A stretch of 64,000 nucleotides of DNA from Myxococcota bacterium (GTDB taxonomy: Bacteria > Myxococcota_A > UBA9160 > UBA6930): contig OZ245002.1 in the NCBI GenBank assembly GCA_965223415.1, positions 2,880,001-2,944,000 of the forward strand, read 5' to 3'. Shown here one piece after another: positions 27,955 to 38,299 of the stretch (within the stretch, counting starts at the first letter, position 1; every line of letters begins with the position of its first letter). Position numbers and translations under genes: made by a program. The notes beneath the pieces were generated by a model that was not told the origin of the DNA, did not search any database, and worked only from the letters and a program-made list of their open reading frames with translations.

Positions 27955-28602
27955 CTAGGGCGCGACCAGCCCCTCGCGGATGGCGTAGCGGACCAGGGAC
28001 GACGCCTTGTGGATGTCCAGCTTCTCCATCACGCTGGCCCGGTGGCTCTCCACGGTCTTGTGGGAGACACCGAGATGGGCCGCGATCTCCTTGCTGGAGA
28101 GGCCCTCGGCGATGAGCTGCACCACCTGCCGCTCCCGGTTCGTCAGCGAGCCGGTGCCGCTGCCGCTGGAGTCGCCCGGATGGCTGATCGCGTTCACCAG
28201 GTGATGGGCGACGGAGGGCGAGAGGTAGGAGCGCCCTTCGCGCACGACCTCGATGGCCTCCATCAGCTCCTTGGACGACGCGGTCTTCACGACGTAGCCC
28301 GAGGCGCCCGCGCGAAGCGCGTCCTCCACCGCCGAGCGGTTCTCCTGGGTGGAGAGCATCAGCACCTTGGTGCGGCTGCTCGTCTCGATCGCCTTGCGGA
28401 TCACGTCGACCGTCGGCGTGCCGGGAAGCGCCTGCTCCATGATCAGGAGATCCGGCGTGAAGCGGGTGACGGCATCGATCACCGCCTCACCGCTGCCGAC
28501 TTCTCCGACCACGCGCAGATCGTTGCGCTGCTCGATCAGAAGATGCATCGCCTCCCTGACGACGCATTGATGGTCCGCCAACAGAACAGTTGTCTGAGTC
28601 AT
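27955..28602 (-). CDS. NarL/FixJ-family response regulator with atypical receiver
   Basis: VLLADHQ...PDLLIMEQALP...GASGYVVK and LTNRERQVVQLIAEGLSSKEIA...TVESHRASVMEKL. Confidence 0.93.
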   Translation of the reverse strand: MTQTTVLLADHQCVVREAMHLLIEQRNDLRVVGEVGSGEAVIDAVTRFTPDLLIMEQALPGTPTVDVIRKAIETSSRTKVLMLSTQENRSAVEDALRAGASGYVVKTASSKELMEAIEVVREGRSYLSPSVAHHLVNAISHPGDSSGSGTGSLTNRERQVVQLIAEGLSSKEIAAHLGVSHKTVESHRASVMEKLDIHKASSLVRYAIREGLVAP

Positions 28603-29049
28603 GAGTTCCCCCCGTACCCTCACTGGGTGAAAGGGTTATCGGGTGAGGGGGCGTTCGCTGAATCGGTCGAACCTCCCAATTGCGCAGGTTTGACCGCTCC
28701 CCTGGCGACGAGATTCGTCGGAGCCCGCGGACGGTAAACACCGTTTCGCTCCCGAGGGATTCACCGCACGAGGGCCACAACCCACGGAGGCCCGAGGTCG
28801 GGGCGACTCCCCTCAGTGCAGGATCGAATGCCCCATTTCGGCGCGAGGGATCGGGTGTTCCTCCCACCCGGTGACGGGGGACACACCGCAGTCGGAGGAG
28901 AAACCCCGACGACCCGGCTCGGGTCTCCTCGCGACTCGACAGGGGGGATTCCGCGCCGAGTTGCCGCACCCGATGCCCCTGCGGGCCCCCTCGCTTGACA
29001 CCGCACGGGGCCTCGGGAAGGGTGTGGAGACCCAGAGAGGGGGAATCGC

Positions 29050-29832
29050 GTGATCCTGGAAGGCAAGACGGTGATCGTGTCGGGCGTGGGCCCCGGCCTG
29101 GGTGGGGAGGTCGCCCGGGTGGCCCATCGGGATGGCGCGAAGGTCGTCATCGGGGCTCGCAACGAGGCGCGGCTCGGGGAGACGGCCAAGCAGCTCGATC
29201 CCGCGGGCGAGCGCATCCTCGCCTGTGCGGTCGACATCACCGACGCCGAAGCCTGCGCGGCCCTCGTGGCGAAGGCCGAGGAGCGCTTCGGCGGCGTCGA
29301 CGCGGTGGTGCAGGTGGCGGCCCTCGACGCGCTCTTCGGCGATCTCTCGTCGACCAGCAACGAGGACTGGCACAACGCCCTCGAGGTGAACGTGGTGGGC
29401 ACGCTCCAGCTGATCCGCGCCGCGGTACCCGCCATGAAGAAGCGCGGCGGCGGCTCGGTGGTGCTGATCGGCTCCCAGTCCTACCGCCTCCCGCCGCCGA
29501 ACAAGCAGCTCGCCTACGCGTCGTCGAAGGGCGCGCTGATGTCCGCCATGTACCACCTGGCGGCGGAGCTCGGCCCGGACAAGATCCGCGTGAACACGGT
29601 GGTGCCCACCTGGATGTGGGGCCCGCCGGTGCAGATGTACGTCGGCTGGCAGGCGAAGGAGCGCGGCGTCTCGGAGGACGAGGTGGTTTCGGAGATCACC
29701 GCAGGCATGCCGCTGGGAGAGATCCCCGCGGACGACGACGTGGCGGAGGTGGTGGGCTTCCTGTGCTCGGACCGGGCGCGAATGGTGACGGCCCAGTCGA
29801 TCGCCGTCGACGCCGGCGAGGTGATGGGCTGA
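29050..29832 (+). CDS. Short-chain dehydrogenase/reductase
   Basis: SGVGPGLG, YASSK, IRVNTVVPTWMWGPPV. Confidence 0.93.
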   Translation: MILEGKTVIVSGVGPGLGGEVARVAHRDGAKVVIGARNEARLGETAKQLDPAGERILACAVDITDAEACAALVAKAEERFGGVDAVVQVAALDALFGDLSSTSNEDWHNALEVNVVGTLQLIRAAVPAMKKRGGGSVVLIGSQSYRLPPPNKQLAYASSKGALMSAMYHLAAELGPDKIRVNTVVPTWMWGPPVQMYVGWQAKERGVSEDEVVSEITAGMPLGEIPADDDVAEVVGFLCSDRARMVTAQSIAVDAGEVMG

Positions 29833-29836
29833 CGCC

Positions 29837-31564
29837 TTGAGCCCGGCGCTGCTCCCCCTCGCGGCCCTCCCCGAGGCGGATCCCTTGCTGCTGCTCGCGA
29901 CCGTGCTGATCGCCGGCACGCTGCTCGGCTGGGCGGCTCAGCGGGCGGGACTGCCCGCCGTCACCGGCCAGATCGTGGCGGGCGTGGTGCTCGGCCCCTC
30001 CGTGCTCGACGTCTTCGACGAGGCCTCGGTGAGCGGCCTGGCGCCGCTCACCCACTTCGCCCTGGCGCTGATCGGCGTGACCGTGGGCGCCCATCTGAAC
30101 GTGCGCCGCCTGCGCAACGCGGGGCGCCGACTCTTCTGGCTGCTGATCGCCGAGGCCACGCTCACCCCACTGATCGTCGGCGGTCTGATCCTCGCCGTCA
30201 CCGACGCGCCGACCCACATGGCGCTCCTGCTGGCCACCCTCGCCGTATCCACGGCCCCGGCGACGGTGATCGCGCTGGTGCGCGAGACCCGCTCGAAGGG
30301 CGTGTTCGTGAAGACGCTGGTGGCGGCCGTCGCCATCAACAACATGTCCTGCATCTTCCTCTTCGAGCTGGCACGGGCCGCGGGCCGAATGATGGGCGGG
30401 GGCGGCGAGCTGATGGCCGTGCCGGCCGCCGACGTGGTGCTCGCGAGCCTCTCCCAGATCGGACAGGCGGTGATCATCGGAGCGGGCATGGCGGCGCTGA
30501 ACCACGTGTTCACGTTGCGGGTGCTGCGCTCCGAGCGCCTCACCACGCTCTCGGTCGTGACGCTGCTCCTCACCTTCGGCCTGGCCAGCTACGCGGGGGT
30601 CTCGCCGCTGGCCGCGTGTCTCTCGTTGGGCGTGGTACAGACGAACCTGAGCCCGTCGCGGGATCGGCTGGTCGACGCGGTCTTCGCCGATTTCGAGCCG
30701 GTGATCCTGTGTGTCTTCTTCACGCTGGCGGGCCTGCACCTCTCGGTCGAGCAGGCGGCGGCCGGCGGCCTGATCGCGCTGCTCTTCCTGGTGGGTCGCT
30801 CCGCGGGTAAGCTCGCCTCCGCCGGCGTCGCCATGCGCCTGGCCGGTGCCACCGCGCGGGTGCGCCGCAACCTGGGCCTCGCGCTCCTCCCCCAGGCCGG
30901 CGTCGCCGTCGGCCTCGTCATCCTGATCCAGAACGATCCGGCCTTCGCGGCCGTCGAAGAGCTCTTCACCGCCATCGTGCTCACCGCCGTCACCGTGAAC
31001 GAGATCGTGGGCCCGCTCACGACCCGCGTCGCCCTCGGCCGCTCCGGCGAGATCGGCCAGGACCGCGCGCGCCTGGTCGATTTCCTCCAGGAGGAGAACA
31101 TCGTCACCGGCCTGCGCGCCCGCTCGATGGAGGACGCCATCCAGCAGATGGTCGACCTGCTGATCTCCTCCCATCACCTCACGGGCGTGGACCGGGACGA
31201 GCTGCTCGTCAGCGTGATGGAGCGCGAGGCCGAAGTCTCGACCTGCCTGGGGGAGGGCCTGGCCGTGCCCCACGGCATGCTGCCGGAAGGCCACGGCATG
31301 CTCGGGGTGATGGGCCTCTCTGCGGCGGGCCTGCCCTTGCCCACGCCCGACGGGCTCCCGGTGCACTGCGTCGTGCTGCTCGCCACGCCGGCCGGCGAAC
31401 GCGACCGCCACCTCGAAGTGCTCGCCGCCCTGGCCCGCACGCTCGGCAGCGACCCGGTGATGCGCCAGCAGCTCTACTTCGTCGACACCCCGGCCCACGC
31501 CTGCGAGATCCTGCACGGCGAGGACACGGAGGCCTTCAACTACTTCCTGGGGGAGGAGGACTAG
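29837..31564 (+). CDS. Cation:proton antiporter fused to a PTS EIIA(Ntr/Fru)-like domain
   Basis: About 12 TM segments with STAPAT and LLPQAGVAVGL. C-terminal MERE..STCLGEGLAVPHG. Confidence 0.9.
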   Translation: MSPALLPLAALPEADPLLLLATVLIAGTLLGWAAQRAGLPAVTGQIVAGVVLGPSVLDVFDEASVSGLAPLTHFALALIGVTVGAHLNVRRLRNAGRRLFWLLIAEATLTPLIVGGLILAVTDAPTHMALLLATLAVSTAPATVIALVRETRSKGVFVKTLVAAVAINNMSCIFLFELARAAGRMMGGGGELMAVPAADVVLASLSQIGQAVIIGAGMAALNHVFTLRVLRSERLTTLSVVTLLLTFGLASYAGVSPLAACLSLGVVQTNLSPSRDRLVDAVFADFEPVILCVFFTLAGLHLSVEQAAAGGLIALLFLVGRSAGKLASAGVAMRLAGATARVRRNLGLALLPQAGVAVGLVILIQNDPAFAAVEELFTAIVLTAVTVNEIVGPLTTRVALGRSGEIGQDRARLVDFLQEENIVTGLRARSMEDAIQQMVDLLISSHHLTGVDRDELLVSVMEREAEVSTCLGEGLAVPHGMLPEGHGMLGVMGLSAAGLPLPTPDGLPVHCVVLLATPAGERDRHLEVLAALARTLGSDPVMRQQLYFVDTPAHACEILHGEDTEAFNYFLGEED

Positions 31565-31989
31565 CGAGCGGCCTGACGCAGGCGCTCCATCTCCTCCCAG
31601 CCGATGTAGTGGGTGAGCCCGGAATCGTCGAAGAAGAGGACCGGACCGTCGCACAGGAAGAGGTACTCGGTCTCCTCGAGCGCCGTCGTCTTCTCGTGGA
31701 TCATGCCGTTGGCCTCGTACACGTAGTCGCCGGCCTCGAGCACCCCGTCACGCACCTGCAGCTTCCCGCGCAGCACGAAGGTGTGGGCCGCGCTCAGGTG
31801 CTTGTGGGCATCCGCCACGTAGCCCTTGCCCCACTTGAAGAGCGCCGCCCAACGGCCCGTCTCCGCGCCGGTCCACAGCACCTTGATCCAGGCGTTCTCC
31901 CCGGTCGGGAACCAGGGCAGCTCGGCGCCCCGGGCGATCGAGTCCATGACTTCCGGGTTGACCGGTGCGAGGTCTTGCATGGGGGGCAT
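31561..31989 (-). CDS. Cupin protein (ChrR/2,4'-dihydroxyacetophenone dioxygenase-like)
   Basis: AHKHLSAAHTFVLRG...GDYVYEANGMIH cupin metal motifs. Confidence 0.85.
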   Translation of the reverse strand: MPPMQDLAPVNPEVMDSIARGAELPWFPTGENAWIKVLWTGAETGRWAALFKWGKGYVADAHKHLSAAHTFVLRGKLQVRDGVLEAGDYVYEANGMIHEKTTALEETEYLFLCDGPVLFFDDSGLTHYIGWEEMERLRQAAR

Positions 31990-32090
31990 GGCGGTCCTCT
32001 TCGCGGGTGGCCAGGGGAGCGTAGCATCGGCTTGTAGTATCGTTCCGAGCGTTCGGGATCGGCGGTACCTGCTCTTTGGCTAGGCGGTGG

Positions 32091-32606
32091 ATGCGACACC
32101 TCGTGATCGCGCTTCTCATCACGGTCTCCGCCGGCATCGCCCGCGCGGACGAGCCCCCGACCGAGGTGCAGGAACCGCTGTTCAAGCTGTCGCTTCCGGG
32201 CCGATGGCGGGAGGTGCCAGCAGCCGAAGACGGTCTCTGGCAGTACCGCCACGCCGGGATCGAGGCCCAGGTCTCGGTATCGATCGCCACCTCCGAGCCC
32301 CACTTCGCGCGAGACGAGCTCGCGAAGGTCTTCAGCGAGTTCGAGGCGGCGCGTCGGCGCGCGGTCGGGGAGCAGTCCCCGGGGTGCGAGCTATCCGCCG
32401 TCGAGAAGCGAGAGCACCTCGATGCGATCGCCGGCTCCTACCTCGGCCATTGCCTCCCGGACGGGCCGCGCATCGGCGACCTCATGGTGAGCCGAACCGA
32501 CCTGGTCGCCTCGTTCCTCGTCGAGGCCTACGGCCTCTCGGAAGAGGAGTTCCGCGAGCTGTTCCATGCGGTCGTGCGCGGCTCGGGTCTGGCACGAGAA
32601 GAGTGA
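32091..32606 (+). CDS. Hypothetical secreted protein
   Basis: Signal peptide MRHLVIALLITVSAGIARA-D. Confidence 0.7.
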   Translation: MRHLVIALLITVSAGIARADEPPTEVQEPLFKLSLPGRWREVPAAEDGLWQYRHAGIEAQVSVSIATSEPHFARDELAKVFSEFEAARRRAVGEQSPGCELSAVEKREHLDAIAGSYLGHCLPDGPRIGDLMVSRTDLVASFLVEAYGLSEEEFRELFHAVVRGSGLAREE

Positions 32607-32645
32607 CGGCAGGTAGGCGATCCGGATGAGAGCGGAAGCGGCTGC

Positions 32646-33062
32646 CTAGCCCGTGCCCCCGGGCAGCAGCCCGAGCTGCCCCAGCAGCCCCACCGTGTCC
32701 GAGTAGCGGTAGGCCCGCGTCACCCGCTCTCCCTCGACCTGGAGCAGGGTGCAGTTCTCCACATGGAAGCGCTTTCCCGTCGCGGGCTGGCCGAAGAACT
32801 CGCCGTCGTTCGTGCCGCTGAGGGTGTAGCGGAGGGTGACGAGGCCGTCGGTCTCGACCATCGTGACGGGCTCGAGGTGGACGTCGCTGGCGGCGACCCA
32901 CCACTGCTGGAGGGCGGCGACCTCGGCGTCCGGGCCGCGGGTCTGCTCCTGGCCGTGGACGTAGGAGACGTAGCCCGGGTCGAGCAGCGCCCGGTATCCC
33001 TCGGCGTCGCGGCCGTTGTCACACGCGATGACGCGCTTCACGCAGTCGACGGGGCTGGGCAT
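32646..33062 (-). CDS. SnoaL-like ester cyclase
   Basis: SGTNDGEFFGQPATGKRF, YSDTVGLLGQLG. GAGGAGG SD. Confidence 0.88.
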   Translation of the reverse strand: MPSPVDCVKRVIACDNGRDAEGYRALLDPGYVSYVHGQEQTRGPDAEVAALQQWWVAASDVHLEPVTMVETDGLVTLRYTLSGTNDGEFFGQPATGKRFHVENCTLLQVEGERVTRAYRYSDTVGLLGQLGLLPGGTG

Positions 33063-33108
33063 CGGTCTTCCTCCTCGCTCCAGGGTATGCCTGCGGTAGG
33101 ATCGGCGC

Positions 33109-34266
33109 ATGACGTACGCAGGCCACCGCCGGATCATCGACGCCGACAGCCACGTGATCGAGCTCGACGACTTCCTGTTCGAGGCGGCGGAGCCCGCCGA
33201 GCGCGCCGTGCTCCCGCCGATGGACGCCCAGACCGAGCTGCCGGTCAGCCACGAGGGGCTCGCCCGGGGCCGCGAGCTCTTCGCGAGGCGCCAGGGCGAC
33301 CCGGAGGTGATGGCGAAGTTCGAGGCGAAGCTGCTCGACAACCGCAAGAGCGGCTGGAACCGCATCGGTGCCTTCGACGCGGCGGAGCGCTCTCACTGCC
33401 TCGACTTGATGGGCTTCGAGCTTCAGCTGGTCCTCCCCACCTTCGCCTTCCACCAGGTCGCTCACGTGGACGACCCGGAGGTCCTGCGCCTCGGTGCCCG
33501 CGCCCTGAACCGCGCCATGGGGCGCTTCTGCGCCCAGGACGCTCGGTTGATGGCGGTGGGCTACGTGCCGCTCGCCCTCGGGCCCGAGGAATCCCTGCAG
33601 ATCCTGGACGAGGCCCTTGCCGCGGGCTGCACGACGCTCATGGTCGACACCAACCAGCCGGACGACGGCGCACGCTCGTTCACCCATCCGGACTACGACC
33701 CGGTCTGGGCGCGCTTCGAAGCCGCCGGCGTTCCCTTCGTGGTGCACGTGGCGGTGAACGGGGAGTACCGCGCCGTCCCGAAGAGCTTCGCGAACAACGG
33801 CCGCGCCGAGCGGGCCCTCGGCGGCGACGCGCCCACCGGCGAGCTCGGCCTGCTCACGATCGGGAACAGCGCGCAGATCTTCCTGGCGGCGATGATCTTC
33901 GACGGGGTGTTCGAGCGGCACCCGGGGCTGCGAGGCATCTCGATGGAGCACGCCGCCTTCTGGCTGCCGTCCTGGCTCGAAGGGCTGGACTACACGGGGC
34001 GGCTGTTCCGTCTCCCCGAGCCTCCTTCCGAGACCGCGCGCCGCCACGTCAAGGTGTCGCCCTTCCCCGGCGAGCCCGTCGGCTGGATCATCGAGCAGGC
34101 CGGCCCGGAGATGCTCGTCTTCGCGTCGGACTATCCGCATCCCGAGGGCACCTCGGACCCGATCGGGAAGTTCGAGGCCACGATGACCGGCTGCGACGAG
34201 GCGACCTTGGACGCCTTCTACCACGGCAACATGGAAGCGCTGCTCGGGATCCAGCTTCCTCGTTAG
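33109..34266 (+). CDS. Amidohydrolase_2 family protein
   Basis: IIDADSHVIE, YDPVWARFE, GVFERHPGLR, FASDYPHPEG. Confidence 0.92.
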   Translation: MTYAGHRRIIDADSHVIELDDFLFEAAEPAERAVLPPMDAQTELPVSHEGLARGRELFARRQGDPEVMAKFEAKLLDNRKSGWNRIGAFDAAERSHCLDLMGFELQLVLPTFAFHQVAHVDDPEVLRLGARALNRAMGRFCAQDARLMAVGYVPLALGPEESLQILDEALAAGCTTLMVDTNQPDDGARSFTHPDYDPVWARFEAAGVPFVVHVAVNGEYRAVPKSFANNGRAERALGGDAPTGELGLLTIGNSAQIFLAAMIFDGVFERHPGLRGISMEHAAFWLPSWLEGLDYTGRLFRLPEPPSETARRHVKVSPFPGEPVGWIIEQAGPEMLVFASDYPHPEGTSDPIGKFEATMTGCDEATLDAFYHGNMEALLGIQLPR

Positions 34267-34269
34267 GCG

Positions 34270-35808
34270 TCAGGCGAGCCAGCGCCCGATCGGCGTCTTC
34301 TGCCAGAGCAGGCGGATGAACCTCTGGGTGCCGTCCTCGGACTTGCGCCTGTAGGGGTAGCCGCCCTGGATCGGGCCCTTCCCCTTCTTGTCGGCGATGA
34401 TCGGGTGGGCGTGGGTGTAGCCGCGCAGGCCGCTCTTGCCGTTCACGGAGCCGAGGCCGCTCGACTTCACGCCGCCGAAGGGCGCCTCGGGGACGCCGTA
34501 GGTGAGGGTCATGTCGTTCACGCACACGCCGCCGGTGTCCATGCGCTCGGCGAGGCGGAAGCCCTTCTCGGTGTCGGTGGTCCAGACCGTTCCGTTCAGG
34601 CCGTACTCGGAATCGTTGGCGAGGCGCAGGGCCTCCTCCTCGTCCTTCACCTTCTGGATCGCGACGACGGGGCCGAAGGTCTCGTTCTGCATCATCTCCA
34701 TCGAGGGGTCGACGTCGGTGAGCACGGTGGGCTCGAAGTAGAGGCCCGGGAGGTCGGGGTTGCGTCGGCCGCCGACGTGGATGCTGGCGCCTTTCTGCTT
34801 GGCATCGTCGACGTGGCGCTCGATGATGTCGAGCTGGCGGTCCCAGAAGGTGGCCCCCACGTCGAACTCGCCCTCCGCTCCCTGGCGGAGCTGCTTCGCG
34901 CCCTCGACGACCTTGGCGACGAAGGCGTCGTAGATGGGCTCCACCGCGTAGATGCGCTCGGTCCCGCAGCAGTACTGGCCCGTGTTCATGCAGGAGCCGG
35001 CCAGGGCGCCCTGGGCGGCGCGATCGAGATCCGCGTCCGCGCACACGATCATCGCGTCGTTGCCGCCGAGCTCGAGAGTGCAGGGGATGAGCAGCCGCCC
35101 GCAGGCCTCGCCCACCTTGCGGCCGGTGGCGACGCTGCCGGTGAACGACACCTTGTCGACGCCGGCTTCGATGAGGGCCGCGCCGGTGGCGCCGTCGCCC
35201 TGCACCACCTGGTAGAGATCCGGCGGGAAGCCCGCCTCGTCGAAAAGGCTCTTCACGACCAACGCCGAGAAGGGCGTCACCTCCGAGGGCTTGTGCACGA
35301 CGGCGTTGCCGGCCATCACCGCCTGCACCATCGGGTTGACGGCCAGCACGACCGGGCCGTTCCAGGGCGTGATGAGGCCGACCACGCCCAGCGGCTTGTA
35401 GACGACGCGGAGCCTCTTCGCGAAGCCCATGAGCCCGTGGATGCGCCGCTTCTCCGGCGCCAGGAACTTCTTCGCGTTCTTCGCGTAGTAGGAGATGGAG
35501 TCGCAGGCCGAGAAGACCTCCATGCCGATCGCTTCGGTCCGAGGCTTGCCGGTCTCCCGGACGACCGCGTCGATGACCTCCTCCTGGCGGGTCACGTAGA
35601 CGTCGAGGAAGCGCCACATCCGCTTGGCGCGCTCCTCGATCGGGAGGGCGCCCCACCCGGCCTGGGCCTTGCGGGCCCGCTCGACCGCGGCCACCACGTC
35701 CTCGCGGGTGCCGCACTCGATCTCGCCGATGGGCTCGAGGGTGACCGGGCTGTTGATGCGCAGCTTCTTGCGCGGGCCGCTGGACTCGATGGGCTCGTAG
35801 ATGGCCAT
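34270..35808 (-). CDS. Aldehyde dehydrogenase
   Basis: ITPWN, KPSEVTP, FTGSVATG, LELGG, GQYC, ETFGPV, PFGGVKSSG. Confidence 0.96.
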   Translation of the reverse strand: MAIYEPIESSGPRKKLRINSPVTLEPIGEIECGTREDVVAAVERARKAQAGWGALPIEERAKRMWRFLDVYVTRQEEVIDAVVRETGKPRTEAIGMEVFSACDSISYYAKNAKKFLAPEKRRIHGLMGFAKRLRVVYKPLGVVGLITPWNGPVVLAVNPMVQAVMAGNAVVHKPSEVTPFSALVVKSLFDEAGFPPDLYQVVQGDGATGAALIEAGVDKVSFTGSVATGRKVGEACGRLLIPCTLELGGNDAMIVCADADLDRAAQGALAGSCMNTGQYCCGTERIYAVEPIYDAFVAKVVEGAKQLRQGAEGEFDVGATFWDRQLDIIERHVDDAKQKGASIHVGGRRNPDLPGLYFEPTVLTDVDPSMEMMQNETFGPVVAIQKVKDEEEALRLANDSEYGLNGTVWTTDTEKGFRLAERMDTGGVCVNDMTLTYGVPEAPFGGVKSSGLGSVNGKSGLRGYTHAHPIIADKKGKGPIQGGYPYRRKSEDGTQRFIRLLWQKTPIGRWLA

Positions 35809-35879
35809 GGACGTCTCCTACCGTCGTGCGACGGGGGAGTGTACCCTGCGCCGGTGGCGGCGCCCCAGGGAGAACGGAC

Positions 35880-36953
35880 ATGACGAGCGGCGACCAAGGG
35901 CCCACGAGCTTCACCCCGGAGGAGCTCCTGGCGAGCGGGAGCTACGAAGAGCCGCTGATCGCCGGCGGCGTTCGCTGCCACGGCGGCTTCGACCCGGACG
36001 GTCGCTACCACTCGCCGCGCACCCTGCACCGGGCGCCGGCGATCCTGGCCTGGCAGGACCGGCTCGCCCGCGAGGGCCAGGAGCTGATCGACATCCCGCG
36101 CACGATGATGCCTCCCCAGTACCCGAACGTGGAGCAGGCCAAGCTGCTGCTGCGCCACGGCGTGCGGGATCCGATCGTGCGGACGCTCACGATCATCTCC
36201 ATCGTCGAGGGCTTCGGCGCCGTGATCCGCGACGTGCGTGTGCCGAAGCTCGACGAGCTGGTCGTCGAACCGATCGGGGGGACGGCGCTGGCGCACCTGG
36301 GCGGCGGCCTCTTCGAGGCCCACGCCCGGGACGAGGCGGGCTACGAGGACGAGGGCGGCCACAAGCAGATGTGGGAGGCGGCCCGCGACCTGGCTCTCGA
36401 GAGCCCGAAGATTCCCGGTGACGTGCTGATGCGCATGATGGGCCGGCGCGGGCGTGCGCCGAAGCGCGAGCGTCCCTTCCCTCAGCTCGATGAGAACCTC
36501 GAGCGCATGCTCGCGCTCATGGCGCAGGTGCTGGTGATCGAGGTCTTCGCCGAGGGGACCTTCCAGTGGGGGATCGACGTGCTGTCGGATCCCGAGGTCT
36601 CCGCCGAGCCGGAGAAGGCCGGCGACATGGTCCGCTACATCCAGGCCGACGAGAGCCCCCACGTCGAATACCTGCGCACCGCGCTCTCGGAGCTGCGCGC
36701 GCGGACCCTGCGCACCGTGGACGGCGGCACCCTGGCCGGTCGCGAGGTGGTCGACGGCTTCCTCCACGACGTGCTGCACAACCTGACGCGCAACCGGCCT
36801 CGGGAGCAGCGCGACGACATCCGCGAGGGGCTGGTGGAGGCGATGCAGGCCGCAGCGAACCCGGCGGCGCTCGAGGAGGAGTTCGAGGGCCTCTCGAGCG
36901 CCTGGACGCCGCCGGAGCGCACGGGCTTCGAGCCGACCCCGAACGCCGCATGA
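35880..36953 (+). CDS. Hypothetical ferritin-like (putative di-iron) protein
   Basis: Helical protein with IVEG...ARDEAG...GGH and IEVFAE...QADESPH carboxylate/His pattern. Confidence 0.7.
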   Translation: MTSGDQGPTSFTPEELLASGSYEEPLIAGGVRCHGGFDPDGRYHSPRTLHRAPAILAWQDRLAREGQELIDIPRTMMPPQYPNVEQAKLLLRHGVRDPIVRTLTIISIVEGFGAVIRDVRVPKLDELVVEPIGGTALAHLGGGLFEAHARDEAGYEDEGGHKQMWEAARDLALESPKIPGDVLMRMMGRRGRAPKRERPFPQLDENLERMLALMAQVLVIEVFAEGTFQWGIDVLSDPEVSAEPEKAGDMVRYIQADESPHVEYLRTALSELRARTLRTVDGGTLAGREVVDGFLHDVLHNLTRNRPREQRDDIREGLVEAMQAAANPAALEEEFEGLSSAWTPPERTGFEPTPNAA

Positions 36954-38221
36954 ATCCCTGGACGCGCGCCGGACGAAGCGCGCGCGTGACCCGCGCCTTC
37001 GTCCACCTGTGGTTCCTGTACAAGGTGCCGGGCTACTGGCGGCGGCTGCGCGGCCTGCCGCCCCGGACCGAGGCGGAGCTCGGCCCGACCCACGAGCGCG
37101 CAGCCAAGGTCGTGCTGGCCACGGCCCTCGCCATGCGCGGCGTGATCATCAAGAGCTGCCAGTTCGTCGCGACCCGCTCCGACGTCTTCCCGCCCGGCTT
37201 CATCGAGGAGCTGAAACAGCTCCATGACGCGGTGCCGCCGAAGCCCTTCGCGGTGGTGAAGGAGACCGTCGAGCGCGAGCTCGGCAAGCCGCTCGACGCG
37301 GTATTCGCCGAGCTCGACGAGGAGCCGGTGGCGGCGGCCTCTCTCGCCCAAGTGCACCTCGGCCGGCTCCACGACGGCCGCGAAGTGGCGGTCAAGGTCC
37401 AGTATCCGGACATCGAGGAAATCATCCAGCTCGACATCCGCAACCTGAAGCGCGCCTGCCGGGTGTACGAGCGCTTCGATCCCCAGCCGCTGCCGTTGCT
37501 GCCGCTCCTGACCGAGCTGACCACCCACATCGGCTACGAGCTCGATTTCCTGCGCGAGGCCGACAGCGCGAACCGGGTGCGCGAGCTCTTCGCCGACGAC
37601 CCGGGCGTCGCCGTGCCCGAGATCTACCGGGAGTGGTGCACGCCGCGGGTGCTCGTGATGCAGCGGGTCGGCGGCATCAAGATCACCGACGTGGAGGGCC
37701 TGGAGGCGGCGGGCCTCGACCCCGCGGACGTCGTGCAGGACCTGATGGCGGTGTGGGTGCGCATGATCATGGGCGCGGGCTTCTTCCAGGCGGATCCGCA
37801 CCCGGGCAACCTCTTCGTCAGGCCCGACCGCACCCTGGTGCTGCTCGACTTCGGCCTCTCGAAGCAGCTCCCGGAGGGCTTCGGCCTGGGCATCTTCGAG
37901 CTGATGTTCTCGCTGATGACCCGCAGCGAGGCGGCCATGATCCGCGCCTTCCAGGAGCTGGGCTTCCAGACGAAGTCCGGCGACACCACCCACTTCGTCG
38001 CGATCGCCCGGCGCATGCTCGATCGCAGCGAGTCCGGCCGCTTCGAGGGTGAGTTCACCGAAGACATGACCGACGAGATGTTCGACGCGGTCCGTGAGGA
38101 CCCCCTCGTCCACATCCCCAGCGATTTCGTCCTCGTCGGCCGCAGCTTCGGCATGCTCTCCGGCATCGCCCACACCCTCGGCGCCCGAGCCAACGTCCTC
38201 CAAGCCATGGGCGGTGGCTGA
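36950..38221 (+). CDS. AarF/UbiB/ABC1-family atypical kinase
   Basis: IKSCQ, LHDAVPP, AAASLAQVH, VAVKVQYP, ELDFLREA, QADPHPGN, LLDFG. ATGA overlap. Confidence 0.93.
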   Translation: MNPWTRAGRSARVTRAFVHLWFLYKVPGYWRRLRGLPPRTEAELGPTHERAAKVVLATALAMRGVIIKSCQFVATRSDVFPPGFIEELKQLHDAVPPKPFAVVKETVERELGKPLDAVFAELDEEPVAAASLAQVHLGRLHDGREVAVKVQYPDIEEIIQLDIRNLKRACRVYERFDPQPLPLLPLLTELTTHIGYELDFLREADSANRVRELFADDPGVAVPEIYREWCTPRVLVMQRVGGIKITDVEGLEAAGLDPADVVQDLMAVWVRMIMGAGFFQADPHPGNLFVRPDRTLVLLDFGLSKQLPEGFGLGIFELMFSLMTRSEAAMIRAFQELGFQTKSGDTTHFVAIARRMLDRSESGRFEGEFTEDMTDEMFDAVREDPLVHIPSDFVLVGRSFGMLSGIAHTLGARANVLQAMGGG

Positions 38222-38299
38222 CCCTACGATAGTGTTGCTTTCGGGGCCGGTTCCGTTTGCTGCGTCGTTCCGGCTCGCGGGGGGATGGAGCGGAGTGAG

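Noticed and set aside
28603..29049. Riboswitch or ncRNA (for example c-di-GMP)
   Set aside because: Hairpins are present, but I could not match a known aptamer consensus by eye. It needs an Rfam search.
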